Assembly: GCF_006345805.1 (NCBI RefSeq)
Contig: NC_043001.1
Location: 127,472,001-127,536,000, forward strand
DNA: 64,000 nucleotides
Direction: 5' to 3'
Source of the DNA: Octopus sinensis
Taxonomy: Eukaryota
Position numbers and translations under genes: made by a program. The notes under the pieces were generated by a model that made no database searches, was not told the DNA's origin, and saw only the letters and a program-made list of their open reading frames with translations. Numbering within the stretch: the first letter of the stretch is position 1; each line of letters starts with the position of its first letter. Positions 39,215-52,709 of this stretch are shown here, piece after piece.

Positions 39215-41228
39215 TTAGACAAAAGAAAAGACGTGTTAGAAATTGAAATTAAACCAGTATAGTGGAGAACTACGTTAAGTAATACCATGTGCGTAGGGAA
39301 GGGGCGTTGCGACTGCGCTCATGAAAGAAAAGTCGTAGGCTTGTTGTTTGACTCCAGGTCAACTTTAGTTGGGCAACCCTAAAATCAAAAAGCTTTCCTC
39401 CTTTATGCATTTTGTGTTTGTATATCAGGCACGGTAACTATTGCTTAATGTGTACTTCACTGTTAAAATAGTTGAGTAAATAATATAAAAATATGGAGAT
39501 TTCTCGCTAGTCGATTGGCCGCATAGAGGCACCATCGTTGGCTTGAATTTCATTAGGCTGAAAACAATAGTGTGAAAGGTGGTGTATTAGGGAGTAATTA
39601 AATCCAAACGATTGTATTTCGAATAGGGTCCGAATGGGATCAAATTTGCAACAAACGTATACATTTAATAACGCAATCTTTGCAAGCTTATGAAGTATAT
39701 ATTTCTTTATTGCCCACAAGGGGCTAAACATAGAGGGGACAAACAAGGACAGACAAAGGGATTAAGTTGATTACATCGATCCCAGTGCGCAACTGGTACT
39801 TTATTTATCGACCCCGAAAGGATGAAAGGCAAAGTCGACCTCGGCGGAATTTGAACTCAAAACGTAGCGACAGACGAAATACGGCTACGCATTTCGCCCG
39901 GCGTGCTAACGTTTCTGCCAGCTCGCCGCCATGCTTATGAAGTATAATTTATCGATAATTGATCACAATCTTGCCTGTCTGGGCTTAACTATTAACAGTT
40001 AAGTGGAGTTCACTGGGAAACTGAGATTTATGTGAGTAGGAGTTATGTTTGTTGCTTTGCTTATTGCAATGGGGCTATGCTGCACCAGTGATGGGATTGG
40101 AAACAGCGACTCCTCTCTTAGAACTCTGGCATAATATCAATTCAGTTATTTTTTAAACTCGACGTATTTAAATAAAGTTACAAACGGAAAAACTTTAAAA
40201 TCGAAACTAAAGATTAGTAAGACAACGGAAAACAACGTTAAGTTATACTAGGTGCGACAATGAAACCGTGTCTCTATAGAGGAGCCGTCGTTGTTGTTGT
40301 TGTTGTTGCTGTTGCTGTTGTTGTTGTTGGTGGTGGTGGTGCTTAACTCATTGTTGTCCCTGATTGAGTAAGGCCTATTAACAAAGGCGTCCTGTCATGC
40401 CTATCCCATATTTTATTTCAATTGTGTAATCCATCATTACTTTATCTTAATGCCACTTCTATTTTACAATAAAGTTAAGTTGTGATTTGAGGAAGATTCG
40501 ACAGCTATTTTTAGCAGTTTGAGCAACCATCTAAAGGCTCCTTTGTTAAGCTCATCAATAGACTTGTCACAATGTAAGGTGTGGCGAGACAAAGCTTGAG
40601 AATAGTAACGACTTCGTGCGTGACCTGGAATAGTAAGTTTAATTAGGACATCACGTCATAAAGTTCAGCATGTCCCGCGCTGCAAAATTTTAGGATTGTC
40701 GTCACACAACGCCCCACCTTCCACACACACACACGCACACACACATTCATACATGCTTAGTTACACATACTAAGATAAGTTTTCGGTCGATTTTTTTCAT
40801 ATTGCAACAACATCATAAAAATTGCATAAGGTTGCCATCTGCATGACGTATGTATAGTTAAGTACGCGCGGGAGGTAAGAGATAAAAATATACTTAATGT
40901 AATGAGCCAAAAGAAAATGTTTTAATCAATTAAAATATTACCTGAAATGAGAAAATTTATTAGGCACAGGTGTGATTGTATGGCTAAGAAGTTTGCTTCC
41001 TAACCATGTGGTTTGGGGGCCCAGTCCTATGGTGCGGCATATTCAGTAAGTGCCTTCAACTATTGCTCCGAGCCGACCAAATACTTTTGAGTGGGATATG
41101 GTAGACGGAAGCTGAAAGAGGCCCATTATGTATGTGCGTATGTATATATATATGTGATCTCTTGAGCACCACCAGCAAAAATATTTTTTTCCTCTGTCTT
41201 CCCTTCTCGGGATCTTTCCTTCTCCTTT

Positions 41229-41263
41229 GTTTCCGACGAAGAGCTCCGCTCGAAACGTTAAAC
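41229..41263 (+). ncRNA. Minimal hammerhead-like motif H5 in a short element (about 41150-41362) ending at (TA)n
   Basis: gttt-CCGACGA-a-gagc-tcc-gctc-GAAA-cg-TT-aaac; all helices pair; U4C variant. Confidence 0.7.
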
Positions 41264-41357
41264 CCTCCTTCCCTTCTTTCCTGAGCGTCAAATAATACTT
41301 AATTGTTCCACGTCCTCGCGTTGCTGTGTTTTTTTCTTCTGTTTTTCTTGTTTGGAT

Positions 41358-41413
<56 letters not shown>

Positions 41414-41433
41414 TTATATATTATGTTGTTATG

Positions 41434-41465
<32 letters not shown>

Positions 41466-41745
41466 TGTATGTATGTGTTTGTGTATGTATGTATATCTTT
41501 TAAATTCGTCTATGGTAACGTTAGGGGTATGCAAATAAATCCCCTATTTCATTACGCCGGCTACCATCTGACTAGTAAGTCATTTTGGGGGGTTGCATCA
41601 TGATTATACCGATATAATGTAGGATATATATATATATAATAATAACAATAATTCTAGGATGTAACATATACATCTAATGGCGGTGCCCCAGCATGGCCAC
41701 AGATCGTGAGCTGAAACTAGATAAAATAAAAAATAAATAAAATAT

Positions 41746-41796
<51 letters not shown>

Positions 41797-41876
41797 TAGA
41801 TATACATACATATATATGAATATATATACATATATGAATATATATACATATATGTATATATGTATATATATACATT

Positions 41877-41922
<46 letters not shown>

Positions 41923-43002
41923 TATCCTATATATATATATTATATAATATATATTATAGATATGTATCTGTGTGTGTGTGGATGGATGGATGGATCGATT
42001 GATGGATCGATTGATATACAATTTAATTTCCAATTCATAGCAACCCGGGTTGCTAACTGTATGCTATAAAAAAAACATTCTTAGTTTATCGAACTTCGAT
42101 ATGGGAAAAACCTACCACCTCTACGTAAAAAATAAAAACATTATTGCTCCTGAAAGTTGTTTTTTTTTATTCCTACCATGGATTTCTCAAAGTTTACTAA
42201 CTTCCTAGACTTTGACCCTTGGATCTTACAATTAAATATCATTGTGTGTCTGTATGTGTGTGTGTGTGTGTGTGCTTGTCCACCACTACCACCACCATTA
42301 CTTGTCAACTGGTGTTGGTTTGTTTACGTTCCCTACAACATAGCGGTTCGGCAAAAAGAACCGATAGAATATGTACTAGGTTTAAAATATGGTGCTGAAG
42401 TCGATTTGGTCGGCTAAAACTCTTCAAGACAATACCCCAACATGGCCGCTGTCCAATAGCTGAAACAAGTAAAGTGTAGAAAAAAGAGAAGATAGTGTTA
42501 ATAGTAATTCCTGCTAAAAAAGCCAAGAAAGCTAACTCAGAATAATTAAACATTTAATGGGAGTGATTCTGATCTTAGAAAGACGGTGATAATTCCGGTC
42601 ATGTTTCGTTCGTATTAAATGTTCTCAGTTAAACATATTTTTAATTGTAATTAATTACCAGACTTTGGAACGTCTAAGAGTATATATAGATTTTGAGAGA
42701 AAGAACATGTGAAATAGTGACTTAGATGAAGGAAATATTGTTAAATGGGAGTTAAATTGCTAAAGGTAGTGAGCCGAGGGACATTTTTTTTTCTATTACC
42801 ATCAGTTAAAATATTTTCAGTGTGTATGTATGTCCACATACATACTAACACACAAACTCACACACACCACACACACACATACACGCACACACACACACAC
42901 ATACACACACACAAACACACACGCACACACACAAACACAAACACACACACACACACACACATAGGGAATATGTACAGTTACACATATGCATACATTTATA
43001 CT

Positions 43003-43318
43003 GCTATAGCCCCGGGCCGACCAATGCCTTGTGAGCAGATATGGTAGACGGAAACTGAAAGAAGCCTGTCGTATATATGTATATATATATGTATGTGTGT
43101 CTGTGTTTGTGCGTCTGTGTTTGTCTCCCTAGCATTGCTTGACAACCGATGCTGGTGTGTTTACGTCCCCGTCACTTAGCGGTTCGGCAAAAGAGACCGA
43201 TAGAATAAGTACTGGGCTTACAAAGAATAAGTCCCGGGGTCGATTTCCTCGACTAAAAGGCGGTGCTCCAGCATGGCCGCAGTCAAATGACTGAAACAAG
43301 TAAAAGAGTAAAAGAGTA
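43003..43318 (+). mobile_element. SINE family 1, 5'-truncated
   Basis: Begins at ctatagccccgggccgacc; intact tail. Confidence 0.85.
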
Positions 43319-43385
43319 TATACACGTGCAGACATATACATACAAACAAACAAATGAATAAATAAATAAATAAATAAATAAATAA

Positions 43386-43416
<31 letters not shown>

Positions 43417-43839
43417 ATGATGGCTGCAACTTGATTTCGAGCAATGCCATCATTTGATTTTCCTCTTAGATATAAGTAACGAGGGTATGGATTTTCAGTC
43501 CTGCGAGGTGGGGGGGGGGGCTACATTTTTCTTTGTCCAGATGTGACGCCTCTTGCAACAGGTGTTCAGAGAGCTTACCGCCTACGCTGACACATGCCTT
43601 CATTCGATCATAAAATTTTTCATTGAGTATTTTTACCTTTTTTCGGCTACGATCTCAGCCATAGTAAAAAAAAAATAAATAAATAAAGAAGTTTAATAGA
43701 GACGTTGACAACCAAGCAATGCCTGCGAGAAAAGGTCTTGCACAGGACCAATCACACACTCGAAACAACGTTATGCATTTGACCCCAAAAGAACAGTTGT
43801 TATATCAAAGTTTTCATTCTCCTAGAGAAATGTTTAAAT

Positions 43840-44428
43840 CAGCGGTTTTCAACCGGAGTCCATATGACCTTTGGGGTTCTATGTTAAAATTTATGTCTTT
43901 TTATGCTGGAGCACCGCCTTTAGTAGATCAACTCGACCCCGGGACTTATTCTTTGTAAGCCCAGCACTTATTCTATCAGTCTCTTTTGCCGAACTGCTAA
44001 GTGACGGGGACGTAAACACACCAGTATCGGTTGTCAAGCAATGCTAGGGGGACAAACACAGACACGCAAACGCACACATACATATATGTACATATATACG
44101 ACAGGCTTCTTTCAGTTTCCGTCTACCAAATCCACTCACAAGGCATTGGTCGGCCCGGAGCTATAGCAGAAGACACTTGCCCAAGATGCCACGCAGTGGG
44201 ACTGAACCCGGAACCATGTGGTTGTTTAGCAAGCTACTTACCACACAGCCACTCCTGTGCTATAAATTAGTTATTAATTTTACAATACACGAAATATTTT
44301 AACAATTTTTTAATGCAATTTTTAACAATATTTAATTCTAAAAATGTAATCGAATTTATATATGAGTTCATCCGAGTAAAAATGGAATCAAAGGATCCAT
44401 AGGTTTAAAAAATGGTTGAAAAACGCTG
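43840..44428. mobile_element. hAT (Charlie-like) MITE with 8-bp TSD, carrying a nested SINE
   Basis: TIRs cagcggttttcaacc (43840-43854) and ggttgaaaaacgctg (44414-44428), 14/15 identical; TSD gtttaaat on both sides. Confidence 0.9.
43903..44260 (-). mobile_element. SINE family 1 nested in the hAT MITE
   Basis: Reverse-complement match to family 1. Confidence 0.9.
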
Positions 44429-44693
44429 GTTTAAATAAAGACTAAGGGTCTCTCAAGCCCAGTTGTTGAATGGCTGTTGATTCGACTGAGTTCATCTACC
44501 ATTGATAGGTTTTGTTTTACTGCCTACTGGATGTCTAACGAAAACCACAATCCTTACCAAGTAGGTTTGGGAGGGTTACCAGCTGGGACACCGACGACCA
44601 GACCATGCGGTATTGGGTATTGTATTGGGTTACGTGTTATTGTATTGGGTTACATGTTACCAGTAGTTACCAGTAGCGCTAAAATGATATACG

Positions 44694-44788
<95 letters not shown>

Positions 44789-44869
44789 CCACAGACACAT
44801 AAGCATACATGCACACACCACACATGTACACATGTGCGCGCATATATATATATATATATCTTTCTCTTT

Positions 44870-45243
44870 TTCTCTCTTTTACTTGGCCATGCTGGAGCAC
44901 CGCCTTTAATCGATCAACTCGACCCCGGGACTTATTCTTTGTAAGCCCAGTACTTATTCTATCGGTCTCTTTTGCCGAACCGCTAAGTGAACCGCTAAGC
45001 ATCGGTTGTCAAGCGATGTTGGGGGGACAAACACAGACACACAAACATACACGCACATACACACATATACATATATATACGACGAGCTTCTTTCAGTTTC
45101 CGTCTACCAAATCCACTCACAAGGCTTTGATCGGCCCGGGGCTATAGTAGAAGACACTTGCCCAAGATTCCACGCAGTGGGGCTGAACCCGGAACCATGT
45201 GGTTGGTTAGCAAGCTACTTACCACACAGCCACTCCTGCGCCT
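44870..45243 (-). mobile_element. SINE family 1
   Basis: Reverse-complement match; small internal rearrangement at 44975-45000. Confidence 0.85.
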
Positions 45244-45529
45244 ATATATATATATGTACATATAATGTATGTATGCATGTATGTATGCAAAGGACGAGAT
45301 GCGTGTGTGCTCGCATAAAAATCACCCTATATTTATAAACGCAGCAATCTGCGACACGGTTAGTGTAAACCAGAGAGGTAGGGAACCTGTCTACATTTAA
45401 AGGCCTCTTTAAAGTTAACTGCTGTCTGACAAGCATGCATTTCAAACAAAAGAAATTCTTATACCTATTATTTTATACTTCTAACAGGCATAAAACTTAT
45501 GTAATCTAATATTTTATAAAATAAAGTGT

Positions 45530-45955
45530 CTCTTTATTGTATTGTAAGGGGCTGGGACATGGCGAACAACAGTTAAGTCAAATAAGCAAATACAATCATT
45601 CATCAACAGATGCTTGCGTAGTATACTTAAAATTAGATGGCCCGAAATACATAAGCAATATGGAGCTATGGCAAAGAACAAATGAAGTTTCGATTAGGGA
45701 GCAAATATTTAAGAAAAAGTGGAAGTGGATTAGTAGTACAATTAGAAAAGAAACACCAAATGTACCGAAAAGTGCTTTACAGTGGAAACTGGATGGATAT
45801 AGGAGAGGTAGGACTAAGAACTCGTGGCGTAAATCAACACAAAAGGAACTAGAGAAAGGGGGACATTCATGGCAGAGTATAAGTACAGAAGCTAAAAATT
45901 ATGCGACTTGGAATTCAACTATAAGTGACCTATACTCCGCGTTGGAGGGTTAAAG
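45530..45955 (+). mobile_element. RTE-clade LINE 3' end
   Basis: ISNMELWQRTNEVSIREQIFKKKWKWISSTIRK...ALQWKLDGYRRGRTKNSWR. Confidence 0.8.
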
Positions 45956-46967
45956 GCAGGGAAAAAAACTAAATAAATAAAGTGTCTCTCATACTGATAT
46001 TTCTTAGTTTTGCATTTCACACTTTTCCTTAATAGATGTAACTGATTGTTCTACTCCATGTTACTTGCAGTTAAAATGTTTCTCATCATTATGAGATACT
46101 TTGTATAATAAATTATTGATAAAAAAATCCCTACAAAATGGAAAATGACAAGGTTTCGGAATACGCATCCAACCGCAACCGTTAATATTTCTGCGTTTCA
46201 AATTCAATAATAATTTCTTTAAACGTATAATTACATCTGTAGATAAAGAAGTACAAATATTTGTTTCTAAAATCTCCAGTTACTTGGAAAGATAAGCTTT
46301 AGGTAAAATTAAAACAATAAAATTATATTTTAGTATAACGGTTTTTCCATCGCTAACATTTTGTATTTCTTTCATTCATAGGCTTCTCCCCCCTCACCCT
46401 CCATGAGTTTCCTATGTCTGATGTAAGATATGAATGGCGATAGCAGGTCGAGCGATCAGTCAGAGGCCACCATGTTGGCACATCAACAGATAAATCACAT
46501 TGTAAGTGGTCGAAAGCCAAAGCTTTGCAGTAGCTTCATCCTCGTGCATGACTCAAATACTCTTAGTAAATCATCACGTCACCCACTGAAACTAAACCAA
46601 ACAGCTAAACTTTTGCGCTTTTTATTAATTTTTAAAAAATTTTTAGGCGAGATGAAAGGACAGTTCCCATAACCTTTTTTAGCCGCTTTGGGGGCACTCC
46701 TAGACTGGTAAGAATAAGGAAGGTATTTTCAAACGGGAAACCTGGCCCGAATGATTACAACAAAGTGTACTCCTCTAAAAGCACTTAAAGTCACGCGTTA
46801 AGTTTATCACCCAAACAGACCATGGCCGGATTTGAACTCTGGGGCGCAAAGAACAATAGCCAAGAAATCTATATTAAGAAATGTAAATACGTTAAGGGAG
46901 GAGCTAGCTAGCCCGTCCCTCAGAAATGGTATGCAACCTGGAACCGTTTGCTGACTGACTGATGTGT

Positions 46968-47353
46968 GGTGGAAGCACTCCGTCGGTTACGACGACGAGG
47001 GTTCCGGTTGATCCGAATCAACGGAACAGCCTGCTCGTGAAATTAACGTGTAAGTGGCTGAGCACTCCACAGACACGTGTACCCTTAACGTAGTTCTCGG
47101 GGGTATTCAGTGTGACACAGAGAGTGACAAGGCCGGCCCTTTGAAATACAGGTACAACAGAAACAGGAAGTAAGAGTGAGAGAAAGTTGTGGTGAAAGAG
47201 TACAGCAGGGATCACCACCATCCCCTGCCGGAGCCTCGTGCAGCTTTTAGGTGTTTTCGCTCAATAAACACTCACAACGCCCGGTCTGGGAATCGAAACC
47301 GCGATCCTATGACCGCGTGCCCGCTGCCATAACCACTGGCCCATTGCGCCTCC
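46968..47353 (-). mobile_element. SINE family 3 with 14-bp TSD
   Basis: actgactgatgtgt at 46954-46967 and 47354-47367. Confidence 0.92.
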
Positions 47354-48952
47354 ACTGACTGATGTGTAGTAGAGAACGGAATGGAAAAATAGAAGACGCG
47401 ATGCACTTGGATGAAATGACGATGACCAGAGCATGCAATCAGCGCTGATCTGGGCTGAACAATAACAACTATCTTCCGTCCATAATCTAGGCGGCCAATT
47501 GGTAGAACCGCTAAAGCATCAGATAGGTTGATTAGCAGTAAACGTTTCGGCTCTCTGCTCATGAGTTCAAATCCCAGCAAGGTCACCTTTGCTCTTTACC
47601 GTTTGGGGTTCGATGTATGAAGTGGCAGACTTGCACAGGAGTTGATTCCTCTGTTTCTCTCGCTCTTTCTTTCTGTCTATCTCTCTTTCAGAAAGAAAGT
47701 GGGTGCGATCATTCTTGGAGAGGTGTTGCCTCCGACAAGTCTAAATATGCCCAAGCGAGTCGTCTGTCACTAAGATACCTTTAAGACCTCATCAAACAGT
47801 TTAAAGCCTAAAGCGCTACTTGATAAAAGCTACTTGATACGTTATGGAGTGTATTCACTCCATAATGCATCAAGTTGGTCTGAAACACTTTCGTACACCA
47901 TCTTGAAATACGCTTAACATCGAATTCCTGAACAAACCGACAATATTCAGATATTCACTTATTCTCTTACTTGTTTCAGTCGTTTGACTGAGGCCATGCT
48001 GGAGCACCGCCTTTTATATAGCAATACAATGATAAACTCTATGTTCGCTTGAATGGCAAATGTGATCTGAGGCTAATGTCATTTGATATATCGCTCAGCT
48101 ATTGTTGTTGAGTTAATAAAGACCAGAGCCTTTTCTTCTGGTTGAGAATGATATCACGTTCTTTACGCATACACACGTCTATGTATGAATGTATATATTA
48201 TGCGTATATACACACACACACACAAATACAAATTATAACACCTGTAATTTATTTCCTTTTTTGTTTAGAAAAATTCAAAGATAAAAAAAAAATAGACGCA
48301 GTATTTCATTTAGATATATTAAATCCTTTTACCGTAGATTCCAACCGGTTTTCACTCTAAGAATTCTTCAAAGAAAAATAAGTAAAATAGGCTTTTAAGC
48401 AGTAGTAACCAAGGAAGACTAACATGCAGATACAGTAATAGGAATTAGATTTCACAAGCAGATTCAATAATGATAAATAGAAATATGAGATTATTGCAGG
48501 TAGATGACTAACGAGGATATAGAATTAAATGACAAGGAGGGTATCAGATAACAAGGCAAATTCAGTAAGGAAATCAGGTGAAAAGTAAAGGTAAAGAGTG
48601 TTTAGTCAGAAACGTAAGTGGAACGTAGAGGTTTTTATACAATAGTCTGATTCAGGGACGTTCACAGACAAATACAGTAATGGGAATCAGATAGATACAT
48701 AAGTACAGAGATGAGAATGTTGTGGGTGCAGGAAGAATCTTGGCAAATGCAGGTGATAACTTCGGAATGTTGTGTCATATTAGTCCTCTACTGCGAAGTA
48801 TAACCAACTCCATACTTACTGGATTAGTGATAAGAGAATCGCTATATTTATATATAATAATGTAGGCGAGTATGGGTCAAGAATTATCATTAGGGATATA
48901 GCATATCATACTTAAAGTAGTGAGATGAGGTAATAAGATAAGGGTGTACATT

Positions 48953-49027
<75 letters not shown>

Positions 49028-49054
49028 TATGTATATATATTTATCTATTTATTT

Positions 49055-49215
49055 ATAGTTGAAATTTACAGAAAAACAAATGACCAAAACAGGTGTATAA
49101 ACAACAAGCAAGTGTATTAGTTTGATGCTCGGGAAGGTAAGAAAGTTTTTTACGTTTCGAGCCTACGGTCTTCAGCAGAAAGGAACACGATGAAATAAAC
49201 AGAGAGAGAAAAAAA
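49055..49215 (-). mobile_element. Short pLTR-like element with decayed hammerhead motif H6 (49148-49181)
   Basis: Minus strand ttt-CTGCTGA-a-gacc-gtag-gctc-GAAA-cg-TA-aaa; ends tgtaaatttcaactata into a TA-rich tract. Confidence 0.55.
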
Positions 49216-49469
49216 CTTGTGGATTTAATGGTCAATCATGCAATTCATGTTAGGAATTCGATGTCAGGCTGCCCCTGTGTTTTCGTTTCTCGTTGTGTTC
49301 TACGTTTATTTGTGGTGTCCTGTATTCATATATTTGTGCATATGCATGTATATATACATATAGATGTGGGTATATGCATGTATGTATGCATGTATGTGTG
49401 CATATGTTTTATTTGTTAAATTGTTGTTATATGACTGAGCGCCTCGCGTCGTTCCTTATCCTCCAAGTA

Positions 49470-49508
<39 letters not shown>

Positions 49509-49592
49509 TATATATATATATATATATATATATTTTATATATATATAATATATTACTCTTTACTCTTTTATATATATCTATATATATATATA

Positions 49593-49666
<74 letters not shown>

Positions 49667-49676
49667 CATACATATA

Positions 49677-49720
<44 letters not shown>

Positions 49721-49821
49721 TATATATATATGATATATATATATATATATCTATTATATATATATATATAATATATATATTATATATATATATTTATATA
49801 TATATTATATATATATATATT

Positions 49822-49938
49822 GCCTGCTCGCTTAGCCAGCGGGGTGGCGTCATTCGAGGCTAAAACAATGCGAACGCATTGTGACCAGCGATGTGTAACA
49901 ACATCTGATGGTCTGGTCGGTCACGTGATCACGTGATA
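49822..49938. repeat. Unclassified ~115-bp GC-richer insert within (TA)n
   Basis: Sharp boundaries with (TA)n on both sides; ends in the palindrome tcacgtgatcacgtga. Confidence 0.45.
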
Positions 49939-49971
<33 letters not shown>

Positions 49972-49973
49972 AG

Positions 49974-50004
<31 letters not shown>

Positions 50005-50388
50005 ATGCACTCACGAGACTGAAGACTACACATTTTTTTAAATTGCCACGCCACCCTAGTTTCACACTAAAGAATAACACAGGTCGAACGGCTTCTGAAG
50101 ATATTTACGTTTCACGTCGATGACTCACTCGGGTTGGGATGGGTGTAATCTGTTTACTTTATTTATTTTATTGATTTATTGGTTTGTTTGTTTTAAATCG
50201 TTTCACATCACCAAACATTTCGGCCAACCAGTTGAATATTCGCAAGCAATCGTCCAAATCTTATTGCCGTTCCTTAAAAATCCTTTCTTGTTTATCATTT
50301 TCTTTATAGATACATACGTGCATACATATATGCATATACATATTTACACATATAAAAACACGTATATATACATATATACACACACAAC

Positions 50389-50425
<37 letters not shown>

Positions 50426-50493
50426 TTAAATATATATGTACATACATATATATATTATATACATACATACATACTATGCACACACACACACAC

Positions 50494-50551
<58 letters not shown>

Positions 50552-50584
50552 GATAGATATATGCACACATGAATATATATATAT

Positions 50585-50632
<48 letters not shown>

Positions 50633-50800
50633 TATATATATACATATTAATATATATATATAAATTTGCACGAAGCATAAAGATGCATAAAAGCATACAC
50701 CTGCTAGAAATAAGAGCTAAAGTCTTAATTAAACCACCGTACAGCACCAAGATAACAGAGAAATAACAGTAGGCGAGGAAAAGGAAACGTGACGGCCTTA

Positions 50801-50843
<43 letters not shown>

Positions 50844-51454
50844 GTGTGTGTGTGTGTGTGTGCGCACATGTGTGTGTGTATACATATTGTTGTATCTCGT
50901 GAGGATCCCAATGCCCACGATAAACACATGCACGGTTTCTATTTCACTTATTTATTCTTATTTGTCAATTGCCTAACCATTTAACCAATTTGCTAATCGA
51001 TTGTTTGATTAATCATTTAGTTACTCAATCAGCTAGGTTTTTCAAAGTTCTTTCGTCGCCATTCGTAATCTCATCAACGACATGGTCTGTGACCAGAAGT
51101 AGGCCTGGCGTAGAGACAGCATATCAATGATGGGGTTGCGAATGGCAACAAAACAACTTTGATAAATCTGGTTGATTGATCAGTTAATTAGTTTCATGGT
51201 TAACCAAATTCCAAATAAGGAAAAAGAATTGTAACGAAAGCAGCACGTGTTTATTGTTGTCATAACGACCCTCCTAAAATACAACAAACTATGTTTCAAC
51301 ACTGGAGCTTGCATCAAAGATCTTGCAAACCAAATGCAAAAACGAAATATGTGTATACGTACAAGCGCGCGCACAAACGCACACACACACAAACACACAC
51401 ATACACACACACACAAACAAACAAACACACGCCCAGCTACACACACACCCGTGT

Positions 51455-52560
51455 CCTCCACTATCCATGACCTCATCTCCTTCTCCCGTCTCCCCCACCG
51501 CCTCTAACCTCATTATCCGCACCCCTCGCACCCCCACAATTTACTTCCTCCCCAAAAGCTAAAAACCTAACAACCCTGGCCGCCCCATCGTCTCCGCCTC
51601 CAACTGCCCCACCGAAATCATCTCCAGATATTTTAACCGTGTCCTTGCCCGCCTAGTGGCTTCCCTCCACTATCACATCCATGACACCAACCCTGCTCTT
51701 CGTTTGTTCAACTCTTTCTCCTTCCCTCCTGGCCCTTCTAAACTTCCCTTCACTCTTGACATCAAGATACACTGTGATCTCTCACCACATTTCCTTGATC
51801 TTCGACCCAACCCTCAACCTGGCACATCCACACTCCTTCGTCTGGTCGAACTTTTCTTCTCACTTAACAGGTTCTCGTTCTCGGATGATTTTTACCAACA
51901 GTATTCGGGAATCGCCACGGGAAAGAGAATGGGTCCCAACTATGCGAACCTGTTCGTTGGCTACGTTGATGCCCAAATATTCTCAAGTTTCACTGGTCCC
52001 ACTCCAGAACTATACGGTCGTTATATTGACGACTTGATCGTTGCGACCTCATTCTCCCGCGAACATCTACACTCCTTCCTCTCTTCTGTCAAATCTTTCC
52101 ATCCTACCTTCCACTTCTCCTGCACTATTTCCGACACTTCAGTCGCCTTTCTCGACATTTCGGCCAGCATTCATCACTCCACTCTCACCACTTCCATCCA
52201 CTACAAACACTCAGACTCACACTCATACCTCAACTTCTCCTCCTCCCACCCTAAACACACCAAGCTCTCCATCTTCTATTCCCAATTCCTCCTTCTACGC
52301 AGGCTCTGCAGTGACAACCATACTTTGAGACTCAGTCTCAACTCATGGCTCGCTACTTCATCCTACGTGGATATCCCCTCATCACTGTCCACACTGCCCT
52401 TACCAGAGCACGTTCCGTCGACCGTGCATCCACTCTCTCCTCCGCACCCGCCCCGCCGTCACCCGTCTCCCGTTTCCTCTTACTTGCCACCCCACCACCC
52501 TTCCTTTCCAACACACCATTCTCCAAGCCTTCCAGCGACTCCAGTCCGACTTCTAGTTAG
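51455..52560 (+). mobile_element. Penelope-like element reverse transcriptase fragment (Neptune-like)
   Basis: PTIYFLPKS*KPNNPGRPIVS, YQQYSGIATGKRMGPNYANLF, RYIDD, FHP, FLD, SSSHP, RRLCSD, RGYP; truncated before the endonuclease. Confidence 0.9.
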
Positions 52561-52663
52561 ATAATGTGAACTCAATAACAACAGCAACAGCAACAACAGC
52601 AACAACAACAACAACATCGAAAAATACCTTAGGAATTAGAACCCAGGTTCGAAATTTCCCCAA

Positions 52664-52709
52664 GACACCTGATGAAGGCTGGAGGGTATATCAACCGAAA
52701 CGTTGTGTT
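52664..52709 (+). ncRNA. Type-I minimal hammerhead motif H7 with canonical core, in a pLTR-like segment (52620-52797)
   Basis: gacac-CTGATGA-a-ggctgg/tcaacc (one mismatch)-GAAA-cg-TT-gtgtt; 100 bp downstream of the PLE RT. Confidence 0.8.

Noticed and set aside
46648-46713. Possible micro-exon (tttag...actg/gtaaga)
   Set aside because: Splice-like motifs only; peptide unrecognisable and no partner exons
47535-47575. Minus-strand ctcatgag...gccgaaacgtt
   Set aside because: Falls in a decayed SINE family 2 head; helices do not pair
47640-47790. Strong polypyrimidine acceptor followed by a short open frame
   Set aside because: The pyrimidine tract is (CT)-type low complexity; no donor or recognisable peptide
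48400-48900. C/T-skewed minus strand suggestive of an old PLE
   Set aside because: No diagnostic motif recoverable in any frame
50095-50135. Minus-strand gtc-atc-gac...gaaacgta
   Set aside because: Core spacing wrong and no helix I
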